This document shows positions 26,327 through 34,626 of a stretch of 64,000 nt of DNA, piece by piece. The DNA comes from a virus. The notes under the pieces were generated by a model. It saw nothing but the letters and a program-made list of their open reading frames with translations. It made no database searches and had not been told where the DNA came from. A program made the position numbers and the translations under genes. Numbering within the stretch: position 1 is the first letter of the stretch; each line of letters starts with the position of its first letter. The stretch spans positions 59,488 through 123,487 of the IMG/VR virus record IMGVR_UViG_3300047457_000500; one strand, written 5' to 3'.

Positions 26327-26859
26327 GAGTTCATTTACTTACCCTGCCTGGAATGAAAGAAACTGTTGGAGAATATATCCAGATTAAGTTTGAAATCCCT
26401 CACGTTTCATTTAAGTATTCATTTGGACCAGATATGCCAGAAGATGATGTAGATCACATTATTGGCCTGTGCAGAAAACCACAAGAGGCCATTGCTGATC
26501 TTATTCATCAAGGATATGAAACACCTGCAGCATTAGAAAAATATAGAAGATATTCGGATTATATATGTGACAATGCTAAAACCATAATAAACTATGAATC
26601 TCTTAAAGATATAGATGGTTTGACTAAGGCATTGTTTAATCATTTTGCCCTTGAGGATGATAACTGGAAAACCAAAACTGGCAAAGAGTCTTTGTTTGAT
26701 GAGATAATGTCTAGGCAAATTCCATTTAATGTATGGGTTGAGCCATATCAGGATGCATTCAAGGGATTAATGTATCCAGAGATAGTCTTAAAGGGCATGA
26801 TAGATGAAAGACTATTAGAGCATTATGATAAGGTGGATACTAGAACTATTAAACCCTAG
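26323..26859 (+). CDS. Hypothetical protein, possibly a degenerate sulfotransferase fold
   Basis: R.P..AI.. and I.YE.L segments; weak similarity. Confidence 0.45.
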   Translation: MRVHLLTLPGMKETVGEYIQIKFEIPHVSFKYSFGPDMPEDDVDHIIGLCRKPQEAIADLIHQGYETPAALEKYRRYSDYICDNAKTIINYESLKDIDGLTKALFNHFALEDDNWKTKTGKESLFDEIMSRQIPFNVWVEPYQDAFKGLMYPEIVLKGMIDERLLEHYDKVDTRTIKP

Positions 26860-26892
26860 TGCTAGTGTCTAGCATAAAATGGTTTGATATTT

Positions 26893-27780
26893 CTATTTAC
26901 CGCCGAACTTTAAGCGCTTGTTTATTAGGTCTATAACTGTTTCAGAAACTTCTTTATTCCACCCACCGCCAGGGTGTTGATTATCGCCAGCCAAAAACCA
27001 ATACTTTACATCGCTGTTACCGTAATCCTTTTTTGTGTAATCTGGATAAGATGTGGGTATTTTAAAATAAGAACTATATTGTTCAGCAAAGTTATCAAAT
27101 ACAGACTCTGAGTCAATATGCCAAGTACTCCACAAAAATATAGAGCCATTTGCCTTGAATATATTTTCTAATAAATCTATCATTGTCAAATAAACTATTG
27201 CATTTTCTTGCGGTATATAGTTTTCTTTATACTTTGATAACTCCTCATACATCCAGTCAACCGTATTGTCTTTATAGAAGTTTAATTGGGCTGGTATAAA
27301 CTGATCTATGTATGTGCTGTAAATCATCTTTCGATGGATGTCTGGCAATATCATTACTAGCACATCTGGTATTCCGTATTTATTAATAAAGGCGCATATA
27401 TTTTTTATTATTAAATGAATTGATGCACCCATCATAGAAAGATTATAGCCTTTAGTGTCTTTTATATTTTTAAAGTATTCTGTTGTAAAATCAGACCATC
27501 TAAATTCTTGTGGGATATCCTGTCCAAAACTAAAAGAGCATCCACTGTACAATATGTTTAAATTGTCTTTATTTAAAGGCTCAAAGTTGTCTGTTCTAAA
27601 TCCGTCTTTATTTATCTTATATGTTATATCATCAGCATTTGTGCTCTTAGTATAAAAATAATCATTATCCCAGTACCCTTCTCTGGTTAGCATAGATCCA
27701 TTAACACCTTTGATATGAAATTGTGAATGATCAAAAACAGTTATGTTTTTATATATACTTTCATTAATGTTTAACGTCAT
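26893..27780 (-). CDS. SGNH/GDSL-like protein
   Basis: GCSFSFG and GDNQHPG motifs; tandem paralog of the next gene. Confidence 0.7.
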   Translation of the reverse strand: MTLNINESIYKNITVFDHSQFHIKGVNGSMLTREGYWDNDYFYTKSTNADDITYKINKDGFRTDNFEPLNKDNLNILYSGCSFSFGQDIPQEFRWSDFTTEYFKNIKDTKGYNLSMMGASIHLIIKNICAFINKYGIPDVLVMILPDIHRKMIYSTYIDQFIPAQLNFYKDNTVDWMYEELSKYKENYIPQENAIVYLTMIDLLENIFKANGSIFLWSTWHIDSESVFDNFAEQYSSYFKIPTSYPDYTKKDYGNSDVKYWFLAGDNQHPGGGWNKEVSETVIDLINKRLKFGGK

Positions 27781-28649
27781 AAAACCTCAAGCACTCGTTT
27801 TGCAAATCTTTCATGCCACCCACCACCTGGATGTCTACCATCCCCTGCTATTTTCCAATACGGAGATTCGTGCTCCTCATAGTCTTGCTTAACAGACCTT
27901 GGACCACTTATTAAGTTTTTAGAATCAAACCAGCAATCTAAATCGTTGGCAAACATAGAAAAACAATCCTCAGTTAAACCATCATATGTAGAAACTAAAA
28001 ACTTAGAGCCAGCATTTTTGCATAATAACTCTAATAATTTAAGCATTAATAAATTATTTAATAATAAATTTTCTGGCATCAGTTGATCAACAAAATTTTT
28101 AGCATCGGGCTTTTGTGTTCTAGGAGTTAAATCAAAAAATTCTGATGTCACTGGATCAAAAGTAACTGTTCTAGTTATATCTGGCATTAATGCAATTATT
28201 AAATCTGGCATTCCGTAAGTATTAATAAAAGCACATATGTTGCTAAGTGTTAAAAATATAGATCCACCCATAATAGACAAATTATATTCTTCAACATCTT
28301 TATTTTTAGATAATTCTTTTGTTATTAGTTTTGTCCATAACATCTCTTCTGGTAGATCTTGTCCAAATGTTACTGAGCATCCGCTATACAAAACCGTAAA
28401 CTTTTTCTTATCCACTGGCTTAAAATTATTGCATCTAAAACCCTGTTTGTTTAACTTATATAATAAGTCTATACTAAGTTTCATTGTATGCACATTATGC
28501 GTATAATAATAATCATCTTCCCAATATCCAGAATCCATTTTATTATTACTTTTATTAGAGTTAAAAACCATCTGCATTCTGGTATTTACTATAGTATTAG
28601 GGCTAAGAATATCCCTATTATTATTTAAAATATCAGTTTTATATGCCAT
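27777..28649 (-). CDS. SGNH/GDSL-like protein
   Basis: GCSVTFG and GDGRHPG motifs. Confidence 0.7.
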   Translation of the reverse strand: MAYKTDILNNNRDILSPNTIVNTRMQMVFNSNKSNNKMDSGYWEDDYYYTHNVHTMKLSIDLLYKLNKQGFRCNNFKPVDKKKFTVLYSGCSVTFGQDLPEEMLWTKLITKELSKNKDVEEYNLSIMGGSIFLTLSNICAFINTYGMPDLIIALMPDITRTVTFDPVTSEFFDLTPRTQKPDAKNFVDQLMPENLLLNNLLMLKLLELLCKNAGSKFLVSTYDGLTEDCFSMFANDLDCWFDSKNLISGPRSVKQDYEEHESPYWKIAGDGRHPGGGWHERFAKRVLEVL

Positions 28650-28960
28650 ATAATATATTGTACTTGACTTTTATTCCTATAGAGAATATAATGGTTATAT
28701 GAATAGGTTTATTATATGCCCAGCCTGCAAAAAAGAGATAGAGGTTAGGTGGGGTATTTTTGCCCATGATACACTTAATAGACACATAAAGGAGCATAGA
28801 TGAAACAGCATACATTTCCAGACCCAGACAAAGAGGGATATGAAATTGTTATACCTAATGAAGTTAAAAAAGATATCATCATTGAATATTTAAGAACAAC
28901 CTATTATTGGTCTATTGCATTGGCATGTTTCATTATTGGATTTTTAGTTAGGTCCGTATT

Positions 28961-29218
28961 ATGATTAATTGGATTGTAGATAATTTATTTAAATGGGATA
29001 GCCTTCGCATTGCACTTTTTTCAGAAGTCGATTGGTATAACTCTATTTCTCGTACCTTGGAAGATCCAGATTCTATGAAAACTGTTTCTACAATTTGGTG
29101 TGAGCCTGATGGTTGGCGTGGATGGAACTTAAAAGATGAAGGTACATATTATTTTCATGATTTGCCAGAAAAAGGTATTGCAGACATTATGGACATAATT
29201 TATGGGAGTGATGAATGA
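28961..29218 (+). CDS. Hypothetical protein
   Basis: Operon-coupled ORF. Confidence 0.55.
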   Translation: MINWIVDNLFKWDSLRIALFSEVDWYNSISRTLEDPDSMKTVSTIWCEPDGWRGWNLKDEGTYYFHDLPEKGIADIMDIIYGSDE

Positions 29219-29514
29219 CCTGGGCTTGCCCTTGTAATGGCTGTAAAAAGGCACAGAAGGTCATTATAGACCAGATCATTGAAGACTATAAGTCTTGTCC
29301 GAATATTGTTGAGTATGATGAAAAACTATACTGTTCTACATGGTATAGACATGATGATTGTGTAAGGCTAATGGAACTATTAAATAAGATTACGAATAAA
29401 GATTTATATTCCCTGCCAGAAACAAGGCCAGTAGTTAGAGATGCAATAGAGAAAATGATTAATGATCCAGATACCGCAGAAATATTACGAAGACTTGAAG
29501 ACAACGGTATTTGA
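29215..29514 (+). CDS. Cys-rich hypothetical protein
   Basis: CPCNGC...C...HDDC. Confidence 0.55.
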   Translation: MTWACPCNGCKKAQKVIIDQIIEDYKSCPNIVEYDEKLYCSTWYRHDDCVRLMELLNKITNKDLYSLPETRPVVRDAIEKMINDPDTAEILRRLEDNGI

Positions 29515-29547
29515 CAAACAACATAGCACAAACTATAATTAAATAAT

Positions 29548-29621
29548 GGAGCAGTAGCCAAGTTGGTCAAGGCCCCGAACTCATAATTCGGCTATCGTAG
29601 GTTCGAGTCCTACCTGCTCTA
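29548..29621 (+). tRNA. tRNA with CAT anticodon (Met or Ile2)
   Basis: GGAGCAG/CTGCTCT acceptor, CCGAA-CTCATAA-TTCGG anticodon arm, GTTCGAG T loop. Confidence 0.9.
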
Positions 29622-29623
29622 CA

Positions 29624-29787
29624 AGGCTCATCAGGAATTCGACCTCTCGATGAGTACAACTGCCCTGAAACCAGCCTGGTGGTAGTCGTTGGATAACCTG
29701 TGTCGAACAGGCCCAAGCAGACAGCATCTAAGGAGCAGAGCCAGTAGTTATATTCGCCGTAAAAACGGGTAGCGTGACTGGCACCCA
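29624..29787 (+). ncRNA. Unassigned structured RNA between tRNAs
   Basis: GC-richer 165-nt spacer with several stems (ctcatc/gatgag, cctgt/acagg, gccagt/actggc). Confidence 0.4.
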
Positions 29788-29788
29788 A

Positions 29789-29861
29789 GCCCTTGTAGCC
29801 CAGTGGTAGAGGCACACGACTTAAAATCGTGCAAGCGTTGGTTCGAATCCAACCAGGGGTA
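29789..29861 (+). tRNA. tRNA-Leu(TAA), short variable arm
   Basis: CACGA-CTTAAAA-TCGTG anticodon arm. Confidence 0.9.
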
Positions 29862-29862
29862 C

Positions 29863-29939
29863 GCATCTGTAACTCAGTTGGTTAGAGTACCCGCCTTATA
29901 TGCGGAGAGCCGAAGGTTCAAGTCCTTCCAGATGTACCA
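29863..29939 (+). tRNA. tRNA-Ile(TAT)
   Basis: CCGC-CTTATAT-GCGG anticodon arm; encoded CCA. Confidence 0.85.
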
Positions 29940-29940
29940 G

Positions 29941-30012
29941 ACCTCTGTAACTCAGCGGAAGAGTAGCGGACTTCTAATCCGTTTGTCGCAGGTTCGATTC
30001 CTGCCAGGGGTG
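29941..30012 (+). tRNA. tRNA-Arg(TCT)
   Basis: GCGGA-CTTCTAA-TCCGT anticodon arm. Confidence 0.9.
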
Positions 30013-30028
30013 CTACAATTAAGTACTT

Positions 30029-30104
30029 TGGTCTGTAGTTCAGTTGGTAGAACACTCGACTGTTAATCGAGATGTCGCAGGATCGAGACCTGCCAGACCA
30101 GCCA
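30029..30104 (+). tRNA. tRNA-Asn(GTT)
   Basis: CTCGA-CTGTTAA-TCGAG anticodon arm; variant T loop ATCGAGA; encoded CCA. Confidence 0.9.
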
Positions 30105-30105
30105 A

Positions 30106-30179
30106 GGTCCGTTAGTTCAGTTGGTTAGAACGCTACCCTGTCACGGTAGAGGTCGTCGGTTCAAGTCCGATACGGATCG
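30106..30179 (+). tRNA. tRNA-Asp(GTC)
   Basis: CTACC-CTGTCAC-GGTAG anticodon arm. Confidence 0.9.
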
Positions 30180-30180
30180 C

Positions 30181-30251
30181 TGGAACATAGTGTAGTGGTA
30201 GCACAACGGATTCCAAACCCGTTAGTGTGGGTTCGATTCCTACTGTTCCTG
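30181..30251 (+). tRNA. tRNA-Trp(CCA)
   Basis: ACGGA-TTCCAAA-CCCGT anticodon arm; T:T mismatch at 1:72. Confidence 0.8.
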
Positions 30252-30255
30252 CAAT

Positions 30256-30327
30256 GGCACTATCGTCTATCGGTTAGGACATCGCCCTTTCACGGCGGAA
30301 AGACGGGTTCGATTCCCGTTAGTGCTG
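30256..30327 (+). tRNA. tRNA-Glu(TTC)
   Basis: TCGCC-CTTTCAC-GGCGG anticodon arm. Confidence 0.9.
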
Positions 30328-30362
30328 CGGGTTGTCGTAGGTTCAAATCCTACAGGAGGCTC
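30328..30362 (+). pseudogene. 3' half of a tRNA
   Basis: Variable loop, GTAGG-TTCAAAT-CCTAC T arm and acceptor 3' strand AGGAGGC; no 5' half. Confidence 0.7.
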
Positions 30363-30387
30363 TGGTATAATTTTAAAAAGGAGAATT

Positions 30388-30609
30388 ATGAGACCAGGAA
30401 TGATAGTCATGATAACTGACGAAGGACAGTATAATAAAAAGGCTGCAGAAATTATATCTTCTGTAGATGATGATTTTACTGTGAAGGTTTGTGACACTAG
30501 CGAAACAATAGTTTTAAAATCTAGTAGTTTAAAAAGAAGAAAACTATGTGTTTGTAATACATCAAAGAGCAAGCCATTTTGTGATGGCTCGCACTCTGGT
30601 TTATTTTAA
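30388..30609 (+). CDS. KOW/SH3-like domain fused to a CDGSH iron-sulfur motif
   Basis: LCVCNTSKSKPFCDGSH; AAGGAG RBS. Confidence 0.8.
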   Translation: MRPGMIVMITDEGQYNKKAAEIISSVDDDFTVKVCDTSETIVLKSSSLKRRKLCVCNTSKSKPFCDGSHSGLF

Positions 30610-31361
30610 TTCATAGTGTTATACTTTCCATCTATTACGATGCAGACTTGATCTAATATGTTTCTTGGCTCATTGTTAAAGTATAATCTTAGTCCATCTA
30701 ATGTATCATGTATAACTTTTTCGTTATTCATTGTTAGATTATAACAAAGAGCAGCCCTTCTTGTTTTTCCCAATATAGAAATTGCTTCTTCCAAAAAGTT
30801 TGGTATCTCATCATGAAATTCTTGACCACGTTTTGCATTTCTTAGCATCAAAACCATTGGGTATCTATAATCTTTTCTTTCTTCTAAAAACAATAACCTT
30901 TCATCTTTAACAAAAGGCAAAAATGATTCAAATATAAAGTTATGCATGGTACCTGTAACTGCAACTGCTGCCATTACAACAGATGGTCCTGGAGTAGATG
31001 TAATATGTATTCCTTCTGATATGCATCTCTTTACAATTCTAGCGCCTGGATCAGCAACGCCTGGCATTCCCTCATCTGATATTAAATATACATCTTCTCC
31101 ACTTTTTAATATAGACAAAACCTTTTCCATATTGTGTAATTCATATGCTTCTCCTGGCTCACCACCATCTGAATCATATTCTATTGATATTGTGTTTACG
31201 TTAGGCTTTTGCATCCCTAGTGCTGGCCAAATTCTTTCAAATGCTTCTTCTCTTTCAATTACTATATTTTTTGCATCTTTAATATATTGATATGCTCTAT
31301 TAGACATATCATCCCAGTTGCCTACGGGTAATCCAACTAAAAAAAGTTTTCCATATTTCAT
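30606..31361 (-). CDS. rsmI: RsmI-like SAM-dependent methyltransferase (tetrapyrrole methylase fold), copy 1
   Basis: GKLFLVGLPVGN, ISDEGMPGVADPG, PGPS and FIFESFLP motifs. Confidence 0.75.
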   Translation of the reverse strand: MKYGKLFLVGLPVGNWDDMSNRAYQYIKDAKNIVIEREEAFERIWPALGMQKPNVNTISIEYDSDGGEPGEAYELHNMEKVLSILKSGEDVYLISDEGMPGVADPGARIVKRCISEGIHITSTPGPSVVMAAVAVTGTMHNFIFESFLPFVKDERLLFLEERKDYRYPMVLMLRNAKRGQEFHDEIPNFLEEAISILGKTRRAALCYNLTMNNEKVIHDTLDGLRLYFNNEPRNILDQVCIVIDGKYNTMN

Positions 31362-31395
31362 ATATCAAGTATACACCATGTGATACAATGATTTA

Positions 31396-31977
31396 ATGAT
31401 AGTAGATAAAGAGTTTTTATCTTTAGAAGAGGTAACGCATTTAAAAAATGTTATGTGCGAAGATCCAAAATGGAATTTTCCATGGATATTTCATAAATCT
31501 ACAAATATAAAAACAGATAATTATGCAATCTTAGATGGCGACAATATAGTTGATAGTCCACAGTTTGTCCATATGGCTATGTTTAATAAACAAAAACAAT
31601 CTCCTTTTGCAGATAACTGTATATCCATATTAAATCAATTTGCTAAAAAAAATAATATAAGAGTTGATGATATTATTAGAATTAAAGCAAATATGATATT
31701 AAAAAATTGTGATGCTGGAATACATTATCCACATGTAGATGCAGATAAAGATCATCTAGTATTCTTGTACTATGTAAATGATTCAGATGGAGATACAATA
31801 TTTTTTAATGAAAAATATGACGGTTCTAAAATAGATAATTTAACTGTTATGTCTAGAGTATCTCCAGAATCTGGAAAGGCTGTAGTATTTGACGGAAGAA
31901 CATACCATGCATCTTCAAGCCCCTCAATAGGTGATTATAGGTGTGTTATTAATATAGACTTTATAGGAAGTTTGTGA
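31396..31977 (+). CDS. 2OG-Fe(II) oxygenase
   Basis: HYPHVD, YYVNDSDGDT and HAS...R motifs. Confidence 0.85.
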   Translation: MIVDKEFLSLEEVTHLKNVMCEDPKWNFPWIFHKSTNIKTDNYAILDGDNIVDSPQFVHMAMFNKQKQSPFADNCISILNQFAKKNNIRVDDIIRIKANMILKNCDAGIHYPHVDADKDHLVFLYYVNDSDGDTIFFNEKYDGSKIDNLTVMSRVSPESGKAVVFDGRTYHASSSPSIGDYRCVINIDFIGSL

Positions 31978-32040
31978 TATAATATTAATGTACCTGCCCA
32001 AAGGGGGGTATAAAATGACTCGCTTAACAAGGAGAAAATA

Positions 32041-32460
32041 ATGGTAAGTTCATTTGCATTGGATCTATTTAAGGATCCATTTTTTATTGGTTTCAACAGA
32101 GAGTTGGACCGTCTTTCAAATATCCATCGTGAGGCAACTCGTCAATCTTATCCACCATACGATGTGGTAAAACTTGATGAGGACACTTACAAACTATCTT
32201 TGGCACTTGCTGGCTTTAGCAAGTATGAGGTAGAGGTTTCTGTGGATAATGGAAGTTTAATTATCAAGGGTGAGAAAGCCGAAGAGGACTCAACTAACGT
32301 CCTACATAAGGGTATCGCAACTCGTAAGTTCACACGCACCTTTGCTCTTGGAGAGTATATGGAGGTTGATCGTGCTGAAATGGCAGACGGTATTCTTAGC
32401 GTCTTTGTGGAAAGAAACATCCCCGAAGAAAAGAAACCAAAAACTATCAAAATCAAGTAA
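32041..32460 (+). CDS. hsp20: Small heat shock protein (Hsp20/IbpA-like)
   Basis: YPPYDV, ALAGF, LHKGIATRKF and IPEEKKPKTIKI motifs. Confidence 0.95.
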   Translation: MVSSFALDLFKDPFFIGFNRELDRLSNIHREATRQSYPPYDVVKLDEDTYKLSLALAGFSKYEVEVSVDNGSLIIKGEKAEEDSTNVLHKGIATRKFTRTFALGEYMEVDRAEMADGILSVFVERNIPEEKKPKTIKIK

Positions 32461-32481
32461 GTAACAGTATTGTCATACTGA

Positions 32482-32509
32482 CCACCTGAGCATGTGGATA
32501 AACTGCTCA
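32482..32509 (+). ncRNA. Conserved 3' pseudoknot motif, copy 4
   Basis: CCAC-CTGAGCAT-GTGG-ATAAAC-TGCTCA. Confidence 0.7.
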
Positions 32510-32531
32510 TTTGCCATGCTATAATATTCTT

Positions 32532-32849
32532 ATGCCATATCATGTAGGTGCTAAAGGTTCCCATGGATGTTCTGGATACCCTGCTGTAAAAGACACAGGA
32601 GAGGTTATGGGGTGCCATAAAACTCGTGCTGATGCTGCAGGACAAATCTATGCAATCAATAGGTCTGAAGGCAATATAAAGTCTTTAAATAATGAATGCT
32701 GCCCAGATGAAGTAGAAAAGAAAGCCCCTTGTTGGGAAGGATATGTTCAGCGTGGCATGAAAGAAAAAAATGGCAAGATGGTACCCAACTGTATTCCAGT
32801 AGAGAAAACAATTTGGGAAGGTTCAGCCTTCGATAGAAAGAAAAGATAA
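32532..32849 (+). CDS. Hypothetical phage protein
   Basis: GCH.T...A..Q..A and PCWEGY...GMK.K.GK.VPNC motifs; leaderless start MPYHV. Confidence 0.7.
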   Translation: MPYHVGAKGSHGCSGYPAVKDTGEVMGCHKTRADAAGQIYAINRSEGNIKSLNNECCPDEVEKKAPCWEGYVQRGMKEKNGKMVPNCIPVEKTIWEGSAFDRKKR

Positions 32850-33001
32850 TGTCAAAAAGAAAATCATCTGGTAAATTTAGATCTAAGCATCCTTTTAATC
32901 CAATACAAATCAAAGATGGAATGATTGTTCGTCTTCGTAAAGATGGAACAATTAAAGCAGTTCTTGGTAAGTATGGCGAATATGGTAAAAATACTAAATA
33001 G
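32849..33001 (+). CDS. Small basic protein (50 aa)
   Basis: TAATG coupling; manual translation. Confidence 0.55.
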   Translation: MSKRKSSGKFRSKHPFNPIQIKDGMIVRLRKDGTIKAVLGKYGEYGKNTK

Positions 33002-33758
33002 TTATTTTTTGATTTGTAATTCCATCAACGACTAAGCATAAATTACCCAAAACTTTATTATTTAATAAATACTCTTCTATATCTTTTAGCAATCCCCTTA
33101 TTACTTTTTGTTTTGAAGTTGTTAGATCTATGCAAAGTACAGCACGTCGGTCTTCTCCAAAAAAAGAAATACATTCTTTAATAAAAACATCAGCATCAAA
33201 ACAGTTATGTATCATATGAATTTTATCGTCACTGTCTATAGGTCTAGTGTTTGGGTTATGTAAAAGAAAGATCATTGGTGCAGGTGATGTTTGTAAAAAT
33301 TTAAATTTTTCATGTCTGTCAGAGTTTGTATTAGACATAAATCCTTCAAATATAAAGTTGTTCAGAACATTGCATACAGATGCTGCTGCTACTACAGTGG
33401 ATGGGCCAGGAGTTGTTACTATTTCTATATTATTTTTTATTGCTTCTTTTACTAATATTTCACCAGGATCTGCTAAACCAGGCATTCCTTCATCTGATAT
33501 TATATAAACATCTTCTCCACCTTTAAGCAATGAAATAATTTTTTCTTTAATATTCATTTCTCTGTTATTGTTTAAAGAAAAGCATATGTCTATTAATTCT
33601 GCACTATAATAAAAATTATTTAAATTACAATATTCCTTAAACCTATCTATATCTTCAACACAAATATATTTAGCGTCAGAAAAAGCGTCCAGCAGTCTTT
33701 TGGAAACATCTAAACTATTCCCTATTGGGGATCCAATTAGATATAACTTACCATACAT
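32994..33758 (-). CDS. rsmI: RsmI-like methyltransferase, copy 2
   Basis: GKLYLIGSPIGN, ICVED, ISDEGMPGLADPG, PGPS and FIFEGF motifs. Confidence 0.75.
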   Translation of the reverse strand: MYGKLYLIGSPIGNSLDVSKRLLDAFSDAKYICVEDIDRFKEYCNLNNFYYSAELIDICFSLNNNREMNIKEKIISLLKGGEDVYIISDEGMPGLADPGEILVKEAIKNNIEIVTTPGPSTVVAAASVCNVLNNFIFEGFMSNTNSDRHEKFKFLQTSPAPMIFLLHNPNTRPIDSDDKIHMIHNCFDADVFIKECISFFGEDRRAVLCIDLTTSKQKVIRGLLKDIEEYLLNNKVLGNLCLVVDGITNQKITI

Positions 33759-33927
33759 CTCGCAAATTACTTTCTTTTAAATACTTTTTAAATAACTGCA
33801 TTAACTCATCAGCATATTTATCGTAATCGATATCTAATATAAGATTTCCATCTATTAATTTGTGTACTTTAATTTCTTTTCCTATATTAAATAATACTTC
33901 TTTTATAGAGTCTTCTACATTTTTCAT
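33748..33927 (-). CDS. Hypothetical protein
   Basis: Start MKNVED right after the upstream stop. Confidence 0.55.
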   Translation of the reverse strand: MKNVEDSIKEVLFNIGKEIKVHKLIDGNLILDIDYDKYADELMQLFKKYLKESNLRDVW

Positions 33928-33928
33928 A

Positions 33929-34591
33929 TTAGTAAAAAGTACTTGGATCTGGATGCATATCATAATATTCAGAAAAGAATCTATTTCTTTCATGAAGTAT
34001 TTGATCTTGATGATCATCATAAGGCACATCTTCTACATATTCTAAATGACAGAATATCATGTCCTGATGGCTACCTGATTTTAATTCTTTCTTTCTTCTC
34101 CAATGAGGTTGTTGTGTTCCAGCAAAAACCAATGCTTGGTTGTCTTCTAGAAAATATTCTACATCTTCTACTACTACGCCCCACTCTTCGTCTGCTCTAA
34201 TTTGTATGTCAAAGGTTATTCTTTGCTTATCTCTCATGTCTGTGTGCGGGAATAATTTAGTCATCCATCCATACTCCATGCTATATCTAGCAAATGAGTG
34301 ATCATCAACCAGTCTAACATTATCACCCAAAGATCTTTTTACTGCTTCGTTTATTTTGTCTTTAATCCTTGGGCCTAAATCTATATGCCATGCTTTCATC
34401 CCGCCCCATTTTTGGATCTGAGTTTTATCCTCTGGAGTATTGTTTACAATTTCATATAAATGCTCTATATCTTCTTTTGAGAAAATATTATCTACAATAA
34501 ATGGAACAAAATCTTGATTTGATATAGGTTCTTGAGATTTTTTGAGTTCCATGTATTTCTCATATGCTGGGCCTTTGACTGGTTCTTTCAT
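33929..34591 (-). CDS. 2OG-Fe(II) oxygenase-like protein (HWR subfamily)
   Basis: LFPHTD, TFDIQI and FAGTQQPHWR motifs. Confidence 0.75.
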   Translation of the reverse strand: MKEPVKGPAYEKYMELKKSQEPISNQDFVPFIVDNIFSKEDIEHLYEIVNNTPEDKTQIQKWGGMKAWHIDLGPRIKDKINEAVKRSLGDNVRLVDDHSFARYSMEYGWMTKLFPHTDMRDKQRITFDIQIRADEEWGVVVEDVEYFLEDNQALVFAGTQQPHWRRKKELKSGSHQDMIFCHLEYVEDVPYDDHQDQILHERNRFFSEYYDMHPDPSTFY

Positions 34592-34626
34592 AATACTTTA
34601 TTATATCATAGTGTATAATCATTATT

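Noticed and set aside
29600-29660. Hammerhead (minus-strand CUGAUGAG) or HDV/theta ribozyme after the CAT tRNA
   Set aside because: No GAAA core follows stem II on the minus strand. On the plus strand the L3 loop is too short and the P1.1 GG is missing.
29567-30572. ORFs overlapping the tRNA cluster
   Set aside because: They coincide with clear tRNA cloverleafs and have no RBS or protein motifs.
32493-32501. Reverse DnaA box TGTGGATAA after hsp20
   Set aside because: Fully explained by stem 1 and loop 3 of pseudoknot copy 4; an isolated match.
32187-32645. Antisense or alternative-frame ORFs over hsp20, and similar short ORFs opposite the enzymes between 33 and 63 kb
   Set aside because: They overlap well-supported genes on the other strand or frame and lack start signals.
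30606-33758. Borosin-type peptide N-methyltransferases acting on the Phe-rich repeat
   Set aside because: Same fold family, but the motifs (PIGN, SDxGxP..DPG, PGPS, F.FEGF) are RsmI-like rather than the borosin YGHP type.
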